From a virus (lineage: Duplodnaviria; Caudoviricetes), in IMG/VR virus record IMGVR_UViG_3300025296_000103, positions 1 through 26,935 of that record: DNA of 26,935 nt; one strand, 5' to 3'. Shown in pieces: positions 1-9,178 of the stretch; position 1 is the first letter of the stretch; each line of letters starts with the position of its first letter. Both the position numbers and the translations under genes were made by a program. The notes beneath the pieces were generated by a model that was given only the letters and a program-made list of their open reading frames with translations, was not told the DNA's origin and ran no database searches.

Positions 1-127
1 CTGCATCAGAAGTAGTCACATGAGTCTCATGCGTTATATTAAGCTCTTCAAGAGCATCCTTAATATAAGCAATAGCACGACCTGTTTGGGTAGTGCCAGC
101 CCTTTCCATAACTTCCTGTACTTTCAT
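1..127 (-). CDS. Phage virion-module protein, 5' part only (MKVQEVMERAGTTQTGRAIAYIKDALEELN...), runs off the left edge
   Basis: ATG at 127, just after the stop of 129..668; open to the window edge; same strand as the structural operon. Translated by hand. Confidence 0.7.
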   Translation of the reverse strand, partial: MKVQEVMERAGTTQTGRAIAYIKDALEELNITHETHVTTSDA

Positions 128-128
128 A

Positions 129-668
129 TTATGCGAAAGCTAGAAATTCTACAGCAACTCCGTTTACAGAAGCGCCTGCTGCTCCTGCTACATCAGTGGC
201 TGCTAGCATAATATTATTTGTAGCTAAGCCTCCTCTTGCAGGCAATATCATAGCTTCACCAGACTTAAGTCTAGCTATACATATATCGGTACCGGCACCC
301 GCATTTACCATTACAGAAACATAGTCTACAGTATTTGCTGTAGTACTTTTTGCTCCACCAGTATCTCCCTCATACCCAGTATGCTTAATATATAGAAATT
401 TACATGCGGCAAGATTAACAAATCCGTGCGCTGCTGGAGTGACAGAAGCCGCAGCAACCTTAATTGCTTGTGCATAATAAGGTCCTGTTCCGCCTATATA
501 GCCGTCATCACTCCCTCCAGCATCCACTATTGCAATACTAGCTACCTCACCTGAGCCGCCTACAGTTCCAAAACATTCTGTTGCCGCAACAGTAGGCCCT
601 GTGCCTTGCTGGACATCTGTAACCTCTAGAGGTGTGGCGCTTATTGAAAATTTAATGCTATCAGCCAT
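129..668 (-). CDS. Putative virion structural protein (Gly/Ala/Thr-rich, beta-rich)
   Basis: 179-aa ORF; AAGGAG RBS; TAATG overlap with the upstream gene; lies in the late operon. Confidence 0.7.
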   Translation of the reverse strand: MADSIKFSISATPLEVTDVQQGTGPTVAATECFGTVGGSGEVASIAIVDAGGSDDGYIGGTGPYYAQAIKVAAASVTPAAHGFVNLAACKFLYIKHTGYEGDTGGAKSTTANTVDYVSVMVNAGAGTDICIARLKSGEAMILPARGGLATNNIMLAATDVAGAAGASVNGVAVEFLAFA

Positions 669-883
669 TATTTATCTCCTTCTCCATTATCTTTTGGGCC
701 GAGTTGAGACAATATTTCTAGAGCTCCCTGTGCCTTTAGAGCCATGACCCTAAAATACTCAGCTTTTTCTGTAAATTCTTTAACTTGTACCTGAAGGGTG
801 GAAATAGTTTCTTCTATTGTAGCCTCAGAGGTACCTTCTCTTACTTCTCTTGTTGTAGTTTCTACTTCTTTTACTTTACTCAT
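668..883 (-). CDS. Small coiled-coil protein (MSKVKEVETT...), 71 aa
   Basis: Start reassigned to ATG 883 (GAGGAG RBS), overlapping the end of 876..3077; heptad-like pattern. Confidence 0.65.
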   Translation of the reverse strand: MSKVKEVETTTREVREGTSEATIEETISTLQVQVKEFTEKAEYFRVMALKAQGALEILSQLGPKDNGEGDK

Positions 884-3077
884 TGATCTCTCCTCTTTTA
901 GGTTGAGCTTGCAAACCAATAGACTCATTATACTGCCTGATTAGATCAGACTGTCTGGCGCTCAGCCAAGAATACTCAGATTGGCGACCCTGTAGATTGG
1001 TTTGATGTTGTTGTACTTTAGCTTGAACTTCAGCTTGATACTTAGCTAAATCTTGACCAAATCTGGACAATTCTTTATCAAAGTTCTGCAACTTAGTCCC
1101 ATGCTCTTGTGTATTAGTGTTTATCTCAGCTTGATACTGACTGAGATCTGCTTGAAATTTTTGAATCTTAAAAGTATAATCTTGGATCCTTGCTTGAATA
1201 TCCTGCTGCTTATTGGTCTGGTCTAATGTAGTACCAATCTGCATCTTTTGGTTTAGAGCGTTAATCTTACTCTGAAACCCAGTATTAGAGTTAGCTATCT
1301 CTGCCTGATACTTGACATTAGCTTCATTAAAGCTGTTAAGCTCATTCTGCATATCAGCAGAGTGCTTAGCAATAGCTTGCTGATAATCAAACTTATATAA
1401 TTCTAACTTCTTCTGTAGCACATTATTAGTAAACTCAGCTACAGTATCGTTAACCTCAGCCTGATGCCTTTGTAAGTCCGAAGAGAATTCTTGAAGCTTA
1501 GCTTGTTCCACCTGATTCTCAGCCGCAGCATCCTGTATAGATATCTGCAACTTAGCTTGGTACTCTGCATTCTCTTTGTTAAAATTATTTAACTCATTAG
1601 TCATATCTGATTGATACTGCTGAAAGTCGTTACTTCTTTCGGTATTCCACTTAGCCATCTTATATTGGATATTCTGCGTAGTCCACTCTTGTACTTCTTT
1701 TGAAACATTAGCTTGGAATAAGGCTAAATCTTGTCCGAATCTAGCCAGCTCTTGGGTATACTCATTAAGTGTGGCCTGCGTATTAATATCAGCCTGCTTA
1801 GCAGCCTCCTGAGCTTTAAATTGAGCTTGTTGCATAACCTTTTGAACCGCTTGAGTATACTCTGCGCTCCTTGCATTAAAGTGATTTAAAGAGTTCGCCA
1901 TAGCTTGGCCATATACAGAAACTACATTAGAGGCAAATGCTAGGGCACTGTTAGACATTTCCGGGTCTTCTTCTCCGGATACATAGGCCCAAGCAGTCTC
2001 TAATACTTTCTCTAAAGAATCAGCTCCATCCTCATTTATAACAGCGACATCAGCTGAAGGTGAAGTCTCCATAAGTTCCTCGGAAACCCCAAGTACCTTA
2101 GGCGAATCGTATAGTGGAGGAGCTGGCAGAGAATCTATAGTAGTAGTCTCTACAGTCTCAGCCGTAAAGACGGGAGATGCTGGCACAGTAGGGGCCGTTG
2201 CATCAATAGTAAAGTCACTAAAAGATGGGAATGTTGTTGTGGATAAAGTTGGCCTTGTGTAAGCTGGGGCCGCTTGTGTAAAATTTATAGCTTTGGCGGC
2301 AATGCTTGGAACTGGAGGGGGTGTAGGTAGAGCAAGGTCATCCAAGGTTTCCAATGTAACTGCCTCTAAAACTGGTGCATTATATGTAGGTGCTATTAAA
2401 GAAGAAATATCGTTAGTGGAGCCACTATAATCATTTTGAATACTGGCATTAATATAAAAAATATTAGGGTCTGCAATAAGACTAGGTATAGTAGGAATCA
2501 CCACTGAGGGAGGCGCAAATGAAGGAAGTGCTGGAAGAGTTGGTAAAGTTATTAACTCATCAGGTACATCCTTTTTAGACAGAACGTTATTAATTGATTG
2601 AATAGCTGCATATAAAGCTACCATATATAAATATTGATCTGGAAAATCTAGGATATCTTCTGCGCCATATGTCACATTCGGCTTAGAGATATGTTGTATT
2701 GATCCCCCATCTGGTAAAACTACAATTTTCTTCCCCTCTCTATAAAACACAGGATTATACTTACTTCTATAGTGTAGACTGTTCGGATTAGTTACCATAG
2801 ACTTCATCTGGAAAGGTACCTCTTCTGCGGGCCTATCATAGTCAGCCTCTGCGCCAAATACACCAAGAACATCTCCATCTATATATGCGCCCGATCCCCC
2901 ATCAACCGTAGTTGAGGAGAATAAAGAAACCAACACAGGATTTATAGTCTTAAGCCTGTTTATAACGTCATTAGCCCCATCCGTCAGGAACTGTGTAAGC
3001 TCTGACTGAGTGGGGTTAGAAGAACTATCTATAGATAGCCCCGTTAACGCTTCTACTCTTGTTTCAAATGTTGCCAT
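876..3077 (-). CDS. Large virion protein: N-terminal head-tail adaptor/tail-tubular-like domain, Pro-rich repeats, Gln-rich helical repeats
   Basis: 733 aa, AAGGAG RBS, first large gene after the capsid/decoration genes; internal repeats such as ELARFGQDLALFQANV / ELSRFGQDLAKYQAEVQ. The adaptor assignment is positional inference. Confidence 0.6.
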   Translation of the reverse strand: MATFETRVEALTGLSIDSSSNPTQSELTQFLTDGANDVINRLKTINPVLVSLFSSTTVDGGSGAYIDGDVLGVFGAEADYDRPAEEVPFQMKSMVTNPNSLHYRSKYNPVFYREGKKIVVLPDGGSIQHISKPNVTYGAEDILDFPDQYLYMVALYAAIQSINNVLSKKDVPDELITLPTLPALPSFAPPSVVIPTIPSLIADPNIFYINASIQNDYSGSTNDISSLIAPTYNAPVLEAVTLETLDDLALPTPPPVPSIAAKAINFTQAAPAYTRPTLSTTTFPSFSDFTIDATAPTVPASPVFTAETVETTTIDSLPAPPLYDSPKVLGVSEELMETSPSADVAVINEDGADSLEKVLETAWAYVSGEEDPEMSNSALAFASNVVSVYGQAMANSLNHFNARSAEYTQAVQKVMQQAQFKAQEAAKQADINTQATLNEYTQELARFGQDLALFQANVSKEVQEWTTQNIQYKMAKWNTERSNDFQQYQSDMTNELNNFNKENAEYQAKLQISIQDAAAENQVEQAKLQEFSSDLQRHQAEVNDTVAEFTNNVLQKKLELYKFDYQQAIAKHSADMQNELNSFNEANVKYQAEIANSNTGFQSKINALNQKMQIGTTLDQTNKQQDIQARIQDYTFKIQKFQADLSQYQAEINTNTQEHGTKLQNFDKELSRFGQDLAKYQAEVQAKVQQHQTNLQGRQSEYSWLSARQSDLIRQYNESIGLQAQPKRGEINE

Positions 3078-3095
3078 TAATCTCCTTGATACCTA

Positions 3096-3140
3096 GCCCC
3101 CCTCCTGGGGAGAGAATGAAAATCTTCCCAGAGAGGGGTT
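3096..3140 (-). terminator. GC-rich intergenic stem-loop after the capsid/decoration genes (terminator or processing site)
   Basis: CCCCTCCTGGGGAGA...TCTTCCCAGAGAGGGG imperfect inverted repeat; no clear U-tract. Confidence 0.45.
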
Positions 3141-3153
3141 CGGTAGTTGTTGT

Positions 3154-3483
3154 TTAGGCTCCCACTGAATACCAGAGACCTGTTCCTGATGCAGAAAAGT
3201 ACCAAACAAACATTCCAACTCCATCAGCAGCGATAGCTACGTCACCTACGACGTTGGAACCACTGTATGTGAAAGTTGTTGCTGCTGTTATATTACTAGC
3301 AACAATTGTTTGTCCACTATATTTTCCTGCAGGCAGATTAACAATGCCACCAGATACTCCGGTGACGTTGACCAGACCTGAAGCGTCAGCACTCGCTAAA
3401 TCAGCACCAGTAGTTGCAACTGCTGTAATAGCAGTAGCTTGCTGGTCCTGTGGCGATAGAGCCGGTGCTTTTACCTTAGCCAT
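3154..3483 (-). CDS. Putative capsid decoration/minor head protein
   Basis: 109 aa, Ala/Gly/Thr/Val-rich, strong AGGAGGT RBS, two genes downstream of the MCP. Confidence 0.6.
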   Translation of the reverse strand: MAKVKAPALSPQDQQATAITAVATTGADLASADASGLVNVTGVSGGIVNLPAGKYSGQTIVASNITAATTFTYSGSNVVGDVAIAADGVGMFVWYFSASGTGLWYSVGA

Positions 3484-3497
3484 GATCTACCTCCTAT
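3475..3497. repeat. 23-bp direct repeat copy 1 (minus strand ATAGGAGGTAGATCATGGCTAAG)
   Basis: Exact match to 3719..3741; contains stop + RBS + start. Confidence 0.95.
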
Positions 3498-3727
3498 GTT
3501 GCTATAATGCCGAACTTGCGTAAAGCTGCAAGCACTGCATTCAGCTTAGCTGTAAGATCTGCTATCACTTGACCTGCATCATTATCATCGCCTACAGTAT
3601 TACCATCGTCAATAGTAGCTGCGCTACCTGCTGTTGGTTCATTTGCAGTCCATGTAATCACTTCGTCAGGAATAGCAGGGCTATCCACAGAGGCTTCTGA
3701 GCCATACATCGGTTGTTTCTTAGCCAT
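3494..3727 (-). CDS. Head fibre/cement-like small capsid protein
   Basis: 77 aa ending ADLTAKLNAVLAALRKFGIIAT, a C-terminal motif typical of head-fibre/decoration proteins encoded next to capsid genes. Confidence 0.65.
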   Translation of the reverse strand: MAKKQPMYGSEASVDSPAIPDEVITWTANEPTAGSAATIDDGNTVGDDNDAGQVIADLTAKLNAVLAALRKFGIIAT

Positions 3728-3741
3728 GATCTACCTCCTAT
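3719..3741. repeat. 23-bp direct repeat copy 2
   Basis: Exact match to 3475..3497. Confidence 0.95.
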
Positions 3742-5207
3742 TTCCAGATGGCGTGGGATTCTGGTAGAGACCATTCCATGCCACCTTCGGTTAAAATTAA
3801 GTCAACCCGACGATCAATACCGCTGTTCTCCAAAGTCTGGACTCCAACGTATACTGAAGTGTCACGATTAACACCATTACCAACAAGAGGCCTCCAAGCA
3901 CAGTTTTTCATACCGATTCCAAGAATCTTAATATCTGTACCGTCCAAGTGTATATTACGTGCTACATTCATATCTCCATAAGGAGTAGTAATAGTAGTAA
4001 TATCAACACCGAAGACTTTCTTCTTTCCAGTTATGGCTAGATCAGCACGGAATTGGGAAGAAACTTCTAGATTATTTTTGAAGTAACCACCGAGTTTATG
4101 CAGCCAGTTGTAAACAGCAGTACTACAGAAGTACACTGTTGGCGACTGTGATGCATACCGTGGATCCATATAGCCAGAGAGATCATCTAAGAAATCATCT
4201 GCTGTTTTAGTAGTAATATCCAAACCAAAGCTATTGCCATAGTTCAAGATATAGTCTACAGCACCCTGAGTATAATTAATACTACTATCGGATACCTGAG
4301 AACCAAACAGTAAAGATTGTTCCATATCCCATTTATGAGATATAAGATGTTCTTTCCATACCCTAGCCCACTCGTTAGCATCATACTTAAGTACGGTAGC
4401 ACGAGCAGTGTTAGTCATTGCCATTGCAGTTTTCCAAATCTGGGTTTGCCCATAGTTGGTTGCAAAGGGCTGGTCTTTCCATGTTTCAGGATAACCAGAG
4501 CCTTCTTCAAATGCAGAACCAATAACATAACATTTGTTTGGAGCTAGAGTCTCTTCATTGTCTGTAGTTCCAGTTGAACCGTCGACTGCTACGCTGGTTG
4601 GAACACCCTTTAATATAGAGCCTCCTGCAACACCTTTAATAGTTGTCAATGACAACTTCTTATAGGTTGTTGAAACTGTAGAAACAGCTTCAACACGTGC
4701 AGCAATATAATCTGTGCCGCCAGCGCTCAAAGTTACAGGGAACTTAATGACTTGGCCTACAAGGAAGAACTCAGGCATAGTACCAGGATCACCTACGTAA
4801 TAGCTTGTACTTTGGCCTAAGACATTCTGAAGATTACCAGAACTATTGTAATCCCCACCCATCTTTGCATACCATGGTTCACCTTCAACATCAAAATTAT
4901 CACAGTCACTATCATCAAACGTACCATCATCGGTACCATCACCACCTACGCAGTATGCATAACGTTTATGCCAAGAACTACGTCTTTCTGTGAACTTAAA
5001 TGCAGGATCATCAGTCGGTTTCTTGCTCACCTTTGAGAGAAATCGAAAGAAAGGATCTTGTGCAATGGATAGTTCGGATACTCTATCCCCGAAGTTGTAC
5101 CTCCGACGAAGATCTCCAGTCAGAATTGAATCTGATACTGGATCCCCTGGACCATTACCCGCAACGTCAGTTGCGCCTAAGTTCGATAGTTTAAATAAGT
5201 CAGCCAT
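3738..5207 (-). CDS. Major capsid protein (HK97 fold presumed)
   Basis: 489 aa after portal and scaffold; motifs NYGQTQIWKT, DMEQSLLFG, FGVDITTITTPYGD, LTEGGMEW...PESHA; strong GGAGGT RBS. Confidence 0.85.
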   Translation of the reverse strand: MADLFKLSNLGATDVAGNGPGDPVSDSILTGDLRRRYNFGDRVSELSIAQDPFFRFLSKVSKKPTDDPAFKFTERRSSWHKRYAYCVGGDGTDDGTFDDSDCDNFDVEGEPWYAKMGGDYNSSGNLQNVLGQSTSYYVGDPGTMPEFFLVGQVIKFPVTLSAGGTDYIAARVEAVSTVSTTYKKLSLTTIKGVAGGSILKGVPTSVAVDGSTGTTDNEETLAPNKCYVIGSAFEEGSGYPETWKDQPFATNYGQTQIWKTAMAMTNTARATVLKYDANEWARVWKEHLISHKWDMEQSLLFGSQVSDSSINYTQGAVDYILNYGNSFGLDITTKTADDFLDDLSGYMDPRYASQSPTVYFCSTAVYNWLHKLGGYFKNNLEVSSQFRADLAITGKKKVFGVDITTITTPYGDMNVARNIHLDGTDIKILGIGMKNCAWRPLVGNGVNRDTSVYVGVQTLENSGIDRRVDLILTEGGMEWSLPESHAIWK

Positions 5208-5266
5208 AGAGCTAACCTCCTTTTCTATTTATTTCAGATAGGAGTCTCTATGTTGTTATAGAGTGC

Positions 5267-6124
5267 CTATCCGAACAAGTTATCTACATCATCAGTGCCA
5301 TTAATTGCATCAAACACTTGGTCTTCAAATGTTTTTGCATTTTCTCCGGCACTGTTTGCTCCACTGGCACTTGTAGGTATATTGCGAACATTCTTCATCT
5401 GCTTTCTCATGTCAGTCTTTGCTGCATTAGCAGTATTAGCCGCAATTTTATCCCTGTTAAGTAAGAGATGGATATCCTCAAGAGTCATAATATGATTCTT
5501 AGAATCATTTATCATCGCTGAAAAGTCTTCATCAGACATTTTATGCTTCTTTTTGAATTCTACCTCTTGTCTAGCTCGCTCATTGCGATCTGCTGCACTC
5601 TTGTTAGCTTGGCGCTCTTCTGTGATAACTTTATTTACCTTAGCATTAACTATTTTGTCAACACTGTGCTGAAACACCCTTGCTGAATCCGAATCCGGAT
5701 CATCAACGGCAGCCTGAGCATCATAAACAAAGTCTTCTGCAAGTCCTAAGCGCTCTGTAACACTTTTAGCAGGAGTTCCGCCATTCTCAAGATAGTCTCT
5801 AACATGGTCTACAAGGCCACTATCTTCTTTCATTGCGTTGAGAACAGGAACAAAGGGTTTTAAATCAGAGAGCTCTCCATGTAATTTTTGAGCTTCTCTG
5901 GTTGAATCTTTGTACCTCTTTTCCCAATCTATCTCATTCTTGGAGCCTTCCGTAGTGTGGGTTACCTGTTCGGGGCCACTTGTTTGCGGAGGGGTTACCT
6001 CAGAGGGGTCTTCCTTTAACGTCTCATCTTGTATAGCGCTATTGACGTCATCTTCGAGCGCTTTAAAGAAATCTTCACCGGAGTCGGCTTCTGCCAAGTT
6101 ACCAGTGGGCTGTCCTTCTGTCAT
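5267..6124 (-). CDS. Capsid scaffolding protein
   Basis: 285 aa, acidic disordered N-terminus, DWEKRYKDSTREAQKL coiled coil, located between portal and MCP. Confidence 0.8.
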   Translation of the reverse strand: MTEGQPTGNLAEADSGEDFFKALEDDVNSAIQDETLKEDPSEVTPPQTSGPEQVTHTTEGSKNEIDWEKRYKDSTREAQKLHGELSDLKPFVPVLNAMKEDSGLVDHVRDYLENGGTPAKSVTERLGLAEDFVYDAQAAVDDPDSDSARVFQHSVDKIVNAKVNKVITEERQANKSAADRNERARQEVEFKKKHKMSDEDFSAMINDSKNHIMTLEDIHLLLNRDKIAANTANAAKTDMRKQMKNVRNIPTSASGANSAGENAKTFEDQVFDAINGTDDVDNLFG

Positions 6125-6152
6125 GTATTTCTCCCTTTAAGTAATTGTTTAT

Positions 6153-6183
6153 AAGTTACTAAACTTCATTATTATTTTGCAAG
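6153..6183 (-). promoter_or_regulatory. Sigma70-like promoter for scaffold/capsid: cTTGCAA-N18-TAACTT
   Basis: Read on the minus strand at the portal 3' end; same geometry as three other sites (12316, 12929, 20281). Confidence 0.55.
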
Positions 6184-8483
6184 GACTTTTTTTCCTGGTT
6201 TAATTCTGTACTTTTAAGAATATTATCTATACCCATACCTAAACGCCTACCCTCAGTTACAGCAGTATCTTTCATCTTATCTCTTGCGGCCCCTTGCTTT
6301 AGCCTGGTATCCTTGAGCTCACCTTCTATTTCAGACTGAGTCTCGACTTTCTTTTTATTAATCTCAACCTCTGCTTGCATAACCTTACCTTTAATACCTG
6401 CTTGTACAAGCTGTCTTTCAAGGGTTTCAATGGTACCTTCCTTATTCTTGACCACCTCAGAAAGCTGTTCAACCTGCTGTGATAATTGTGCATACATGCT
6501 CTTTCTTTCTGCTATTTGTTCCTTGTTTCTAATGTCAGTCTCAGCAAGAACCGCAATATCGTCGACTATGCCGAGCTGCATCATCTGCTTTAACTCATCT
6601 AAATATGCCCACCTATTAACTGGAAGTGTTGATCCAGCTATAATTCTTACATCAAATTTAGCGGTAGAGTAATCTTGAAATTTACCTATCGCCTCTCCAA
6701 GATCATTGTATATAGGGATATTAATCTGCACTTCTCTCTGCTCCTGTATTGCGCTTGGCTGAACTATTCTAAATACTTTATGAGCTGTATAGACTGCTTG
6801 TGAAAATTGCATAACCACTGTTCCAAGTTGCTTTAATGCTGGCTCCACAACATTCTTCATCCACTGCTTTACACGCCTTGTGCCGTATTCATCCTGAGCT
6901 AGCATACCTCTATAGGTCTCATGCTGTCCTGAAACATCGCCCTGCATAGATGAGTATATACCAGCTAAATATTCCATGTCACCTTTACCTTCTTGTACTA
7001 TCTGATAGAAGGCATTAGCTAATGGGGCTGGCTGAACTGGGGTTGGAGGCGTTGCTCCAGGTCTAATAGGGAGTAGAGCACCAGGAGAACTTGAGTACTT
7101 TTCCCAATGATCTGTATCTATAGATCCCTCCTCGTGCATCCAGCGGAGAGAAGAGCCCAAAGAAGCGTTATGTACCATTATCTGATGTGCTTTATTGAGC
7201 TCCATTTGCTTGCCTATGAGGGGGGACACTGCGGAGGTTGGGTAAGGAGTGCCAGTCCACTTAAAATGAAAAGGCACTAAGGGATATTCTGTAATATTTT
7301 CTGGTAAAATCTTCTCATATAAAAGTTGGTCTCCCACTACGCAAGTCTGCTGAACTCGTGAGTTATAAAACTTAACTACATCTATAACAGTACTAGCGAA
7401 TGTTTGATCCTCCATCATAAGATCGAACTCTTTTTTAGATATAATAATGTTCTCTGTCCTAGCTACTTGAGACATAAGTTCGCTAGTTATCTGCTGTTCT
7501 GCTGCAACTAGCTGTTCTTCGTTCTGCTTCTTTAGCCCTTCAACCTCAAGCTGGTATCTTTCTGGAATAATCTCTTTATTCTTTACCTGCTCCTCTAAGG
7601 CTAATAGTTGTTCTTGCATAGCCACATCACTTTGAGCACGCATCTCCTCCATTTGAACTGAAACTTGTTGCTGTATTTGCTTTATCTGGTCCTCTGTGGG
7701 AAGTATTTGATAGAAGACATTAGCATACTCCACCTTAACTTTTTCATACATCTCGAAAAATTCTAGAAACGTATCATGATCCCCAGACTCAGGATCAACA
7801 GTCTCACTTTCGTCTATATCTTTATAGTGAAAATCTTTCTGCAACGCCCCTTTAGACTTTACTGTATACAGGTCATCATTATTTTCGTCAGAACTAGCTT
7901 TCTTTATTTTAGATTTGCTTTCAGGAAACAGACTCATAAGGTGCTGTTTAGGTAAGATCTTCCGTATAAGTATATAGCTAGCATCCCTAAATAACATGTC
8001 TCTAGATTTAGCATCAATATATATATCGAATGGTTCTGGCTGCTCTACAACCACTTCCCCCATGCCGTTATCAGCGTCTGGAGAGACGTTGACGAGCATA
8101 TATCCAATAGACTTAGTGATCGCATCATTGATAGCATTACCATATATAGCTGGACCATCTGAATTATACCAGATATAGTCAGCCATGTCGCTGAATACTG
8201 CTGCTACATCTACATCTGACCCGTCAGCTCCAACTGCTTGCCATCTAGGGCTATTAGCAGTAGCATAGAAATTAAGCATCTCTACTACTGGTGTAATCCT
8301 ATTTATAGTAAATGTAGGCATCCCCTGCTCTTCTAAATTCAGGCGCTCTTCCTCAGTTAACTGATTATCATTAGAAAAGTCATAACCTTTCTGGTTAACT
8401 CTCTCCCATTGAATCCTTGAGCTAGTCCGTGATTTGTTAAAAATCATCCGAACTCTTTCTGCCTTCTTGTTTGATTTAGCCAT
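6159..8483 (-). CDS. Portal protein (P22-like)
   Basis: 774 aa; GYDF...NQLTEEE, PTFTINRITPVV, EPFDIYID, YPLVPF, LIGKQMELNK, KFDVRI motifs and long C-terminal coiled coil; between TerL and scaffold. Confidence 0.9.
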   Translation of the reverse strand: MAKSNKKAERVRMIFNKSRTSSRIQWERVNQKGYDFSNDNQLTEEERLNLEEQGMPTFTINRITPVVEMLNFYATANSPRWQAVGADGSDVDVAAVFSDMADYIWYNSDGPAIYGNAINDAITKSIGYMLVNVSPDADNGMGEVVVEQPEPFDIYIDAKSRDMLFRDASYILIRKILPKQHLMSLFPESKSKIKKASSDENNDDLYTVKSKGALQKDFHYKDIDESETVDPESGDHDTFLEFFEMYEKVKVEYANVFYQILPTEDQIKQIQQQVSVQMEEMRAQSDVAMQEQLLALEEQVKNKEIIPERYQLEVEGLKKQNEEQLVAAEQQITSELMSQVARTENIIISKKEFDLMMEDQTFASTVIDVVKFYNSRVQQTCVVGDQLLYEKILPENITEYPLVPFHFKWTGTPYPTSAVSPLIGKQMELNKAHQIMVHNASLGSSLRWMHEEGSIDTDHWEKYSSSPGALLPIRPGATPPTPVQPAPLANAFYQIVQEGKGDMEYLAGIYSSMQGDVSGQHETYRGMLAQDEYGTRRVKQWMKNVVEPALKQLGTVVMQFSQAVYTAHKVFRIVQPSAIQEQREVQINIPIYNDLGEAIGKFQDYSTAKFDVRIIAGSTLPVNRWAYLDELKQMMQLGIVDDIAVLAETDIRNKEQIAERKSMYAQLSQQVEQLSEVVKNKEGTIETLERQLVQAGIKGKVMQAEVEINKKKVETQSEIEGELKDTRLKQGAARDKMKDTAVTEGRRLGMGIDNILKSTELNQEKKSLQNNNEV

Positions 8484-9178
8484 TATTCAGGTACCTCATA
8501 ATAATCATCTTTAAACTCTATCTCGGATCCTGCTGTCTCCCATTTTTCTTTTGTAAGTGCTATCCATTGGTTTGCCAACTCGTGATCAGAAAGTTTGCGC
8601 AATTCCTTTGCGTGCTTTTTGTCTCTTAATGCCATATTGTTTATGAGATGCTCTCTTGTGCTGCCAAGATTTCCAGACAAACTGCCAGATGAAAAAGATA
8701 CACCATCTCTATCTTTATCGGTAGCTATGTTTATTACCTTTGCCATTCCATTGCGGCCCTGCTGCCATGTCATATATTCTAATAAACCCTTCTCTATCCC
8801 CATATTATTAGCCTCCTCTACAGTATTTGCTTGATACCATAAATCCTTATCAGAGTTTTTTGACTTTGTGCGAGCCCTAACTTCTGCACCATAAAAGTTT
8901 GCCATATCATACCTGTCCACACCATACTTACCAGCAGTGTCGTGACCACTTTGCATTAATCCATACTTATCGTTATTTTGATCCCCCATATCAGCTCCAA
9001 ATGAAGACTCTATGTGGGCCGCCTTCATTAAATCTAGCCTATCATAGCCTGTTGCATCAGCAATGCTAGAAAGATATTGATAGACTGACCGCTCTCTGTC
9101 CATAGATTTCTCATACGTGATTTTTTTATCACTACGACCTGGATCAAGTGGCCGTGTGATAGTGTCATATATACCCAT
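8483..9178 (-). CDS. Lytic transglycosylase (SLT/lysozyme-like) protein
   Basis: AAHIESSF (catalytic Glu-Ser), YGLMQ, and YMTWQQG (AYNAG-like) motifs. Start placed at the TAATG overlap with the TerL stop (9178); 9193 is an alternative. Confidence 0.7.
   Translation of the reverse strand: MGIYDTITRPLDPGRSDKKITYEKSMDRERSVYQYLSSIADATGYDRLDLMKAAHIESSFGADMGDQNNDKYGLMQSGHDTAGKYGVDRYDMANFYGAEVRARTKSKNSDKDLWYQANTVEEANNMGIEKGLLEYMTWQQGRNGMAKVINIATDKDRDGVSFSSGSLSGNLGSTREHLINNMALRDKKHAKELRKLSDHELANQWIALTKEKWETAGSEIEFKDDYYEVPE

Noticed and set aside
3727-3745. Read-through extension of the major capsid protein into the next gene
   Set aside because: In-frame read-through hits TAA after five codons and no slippery heptamer is evident.
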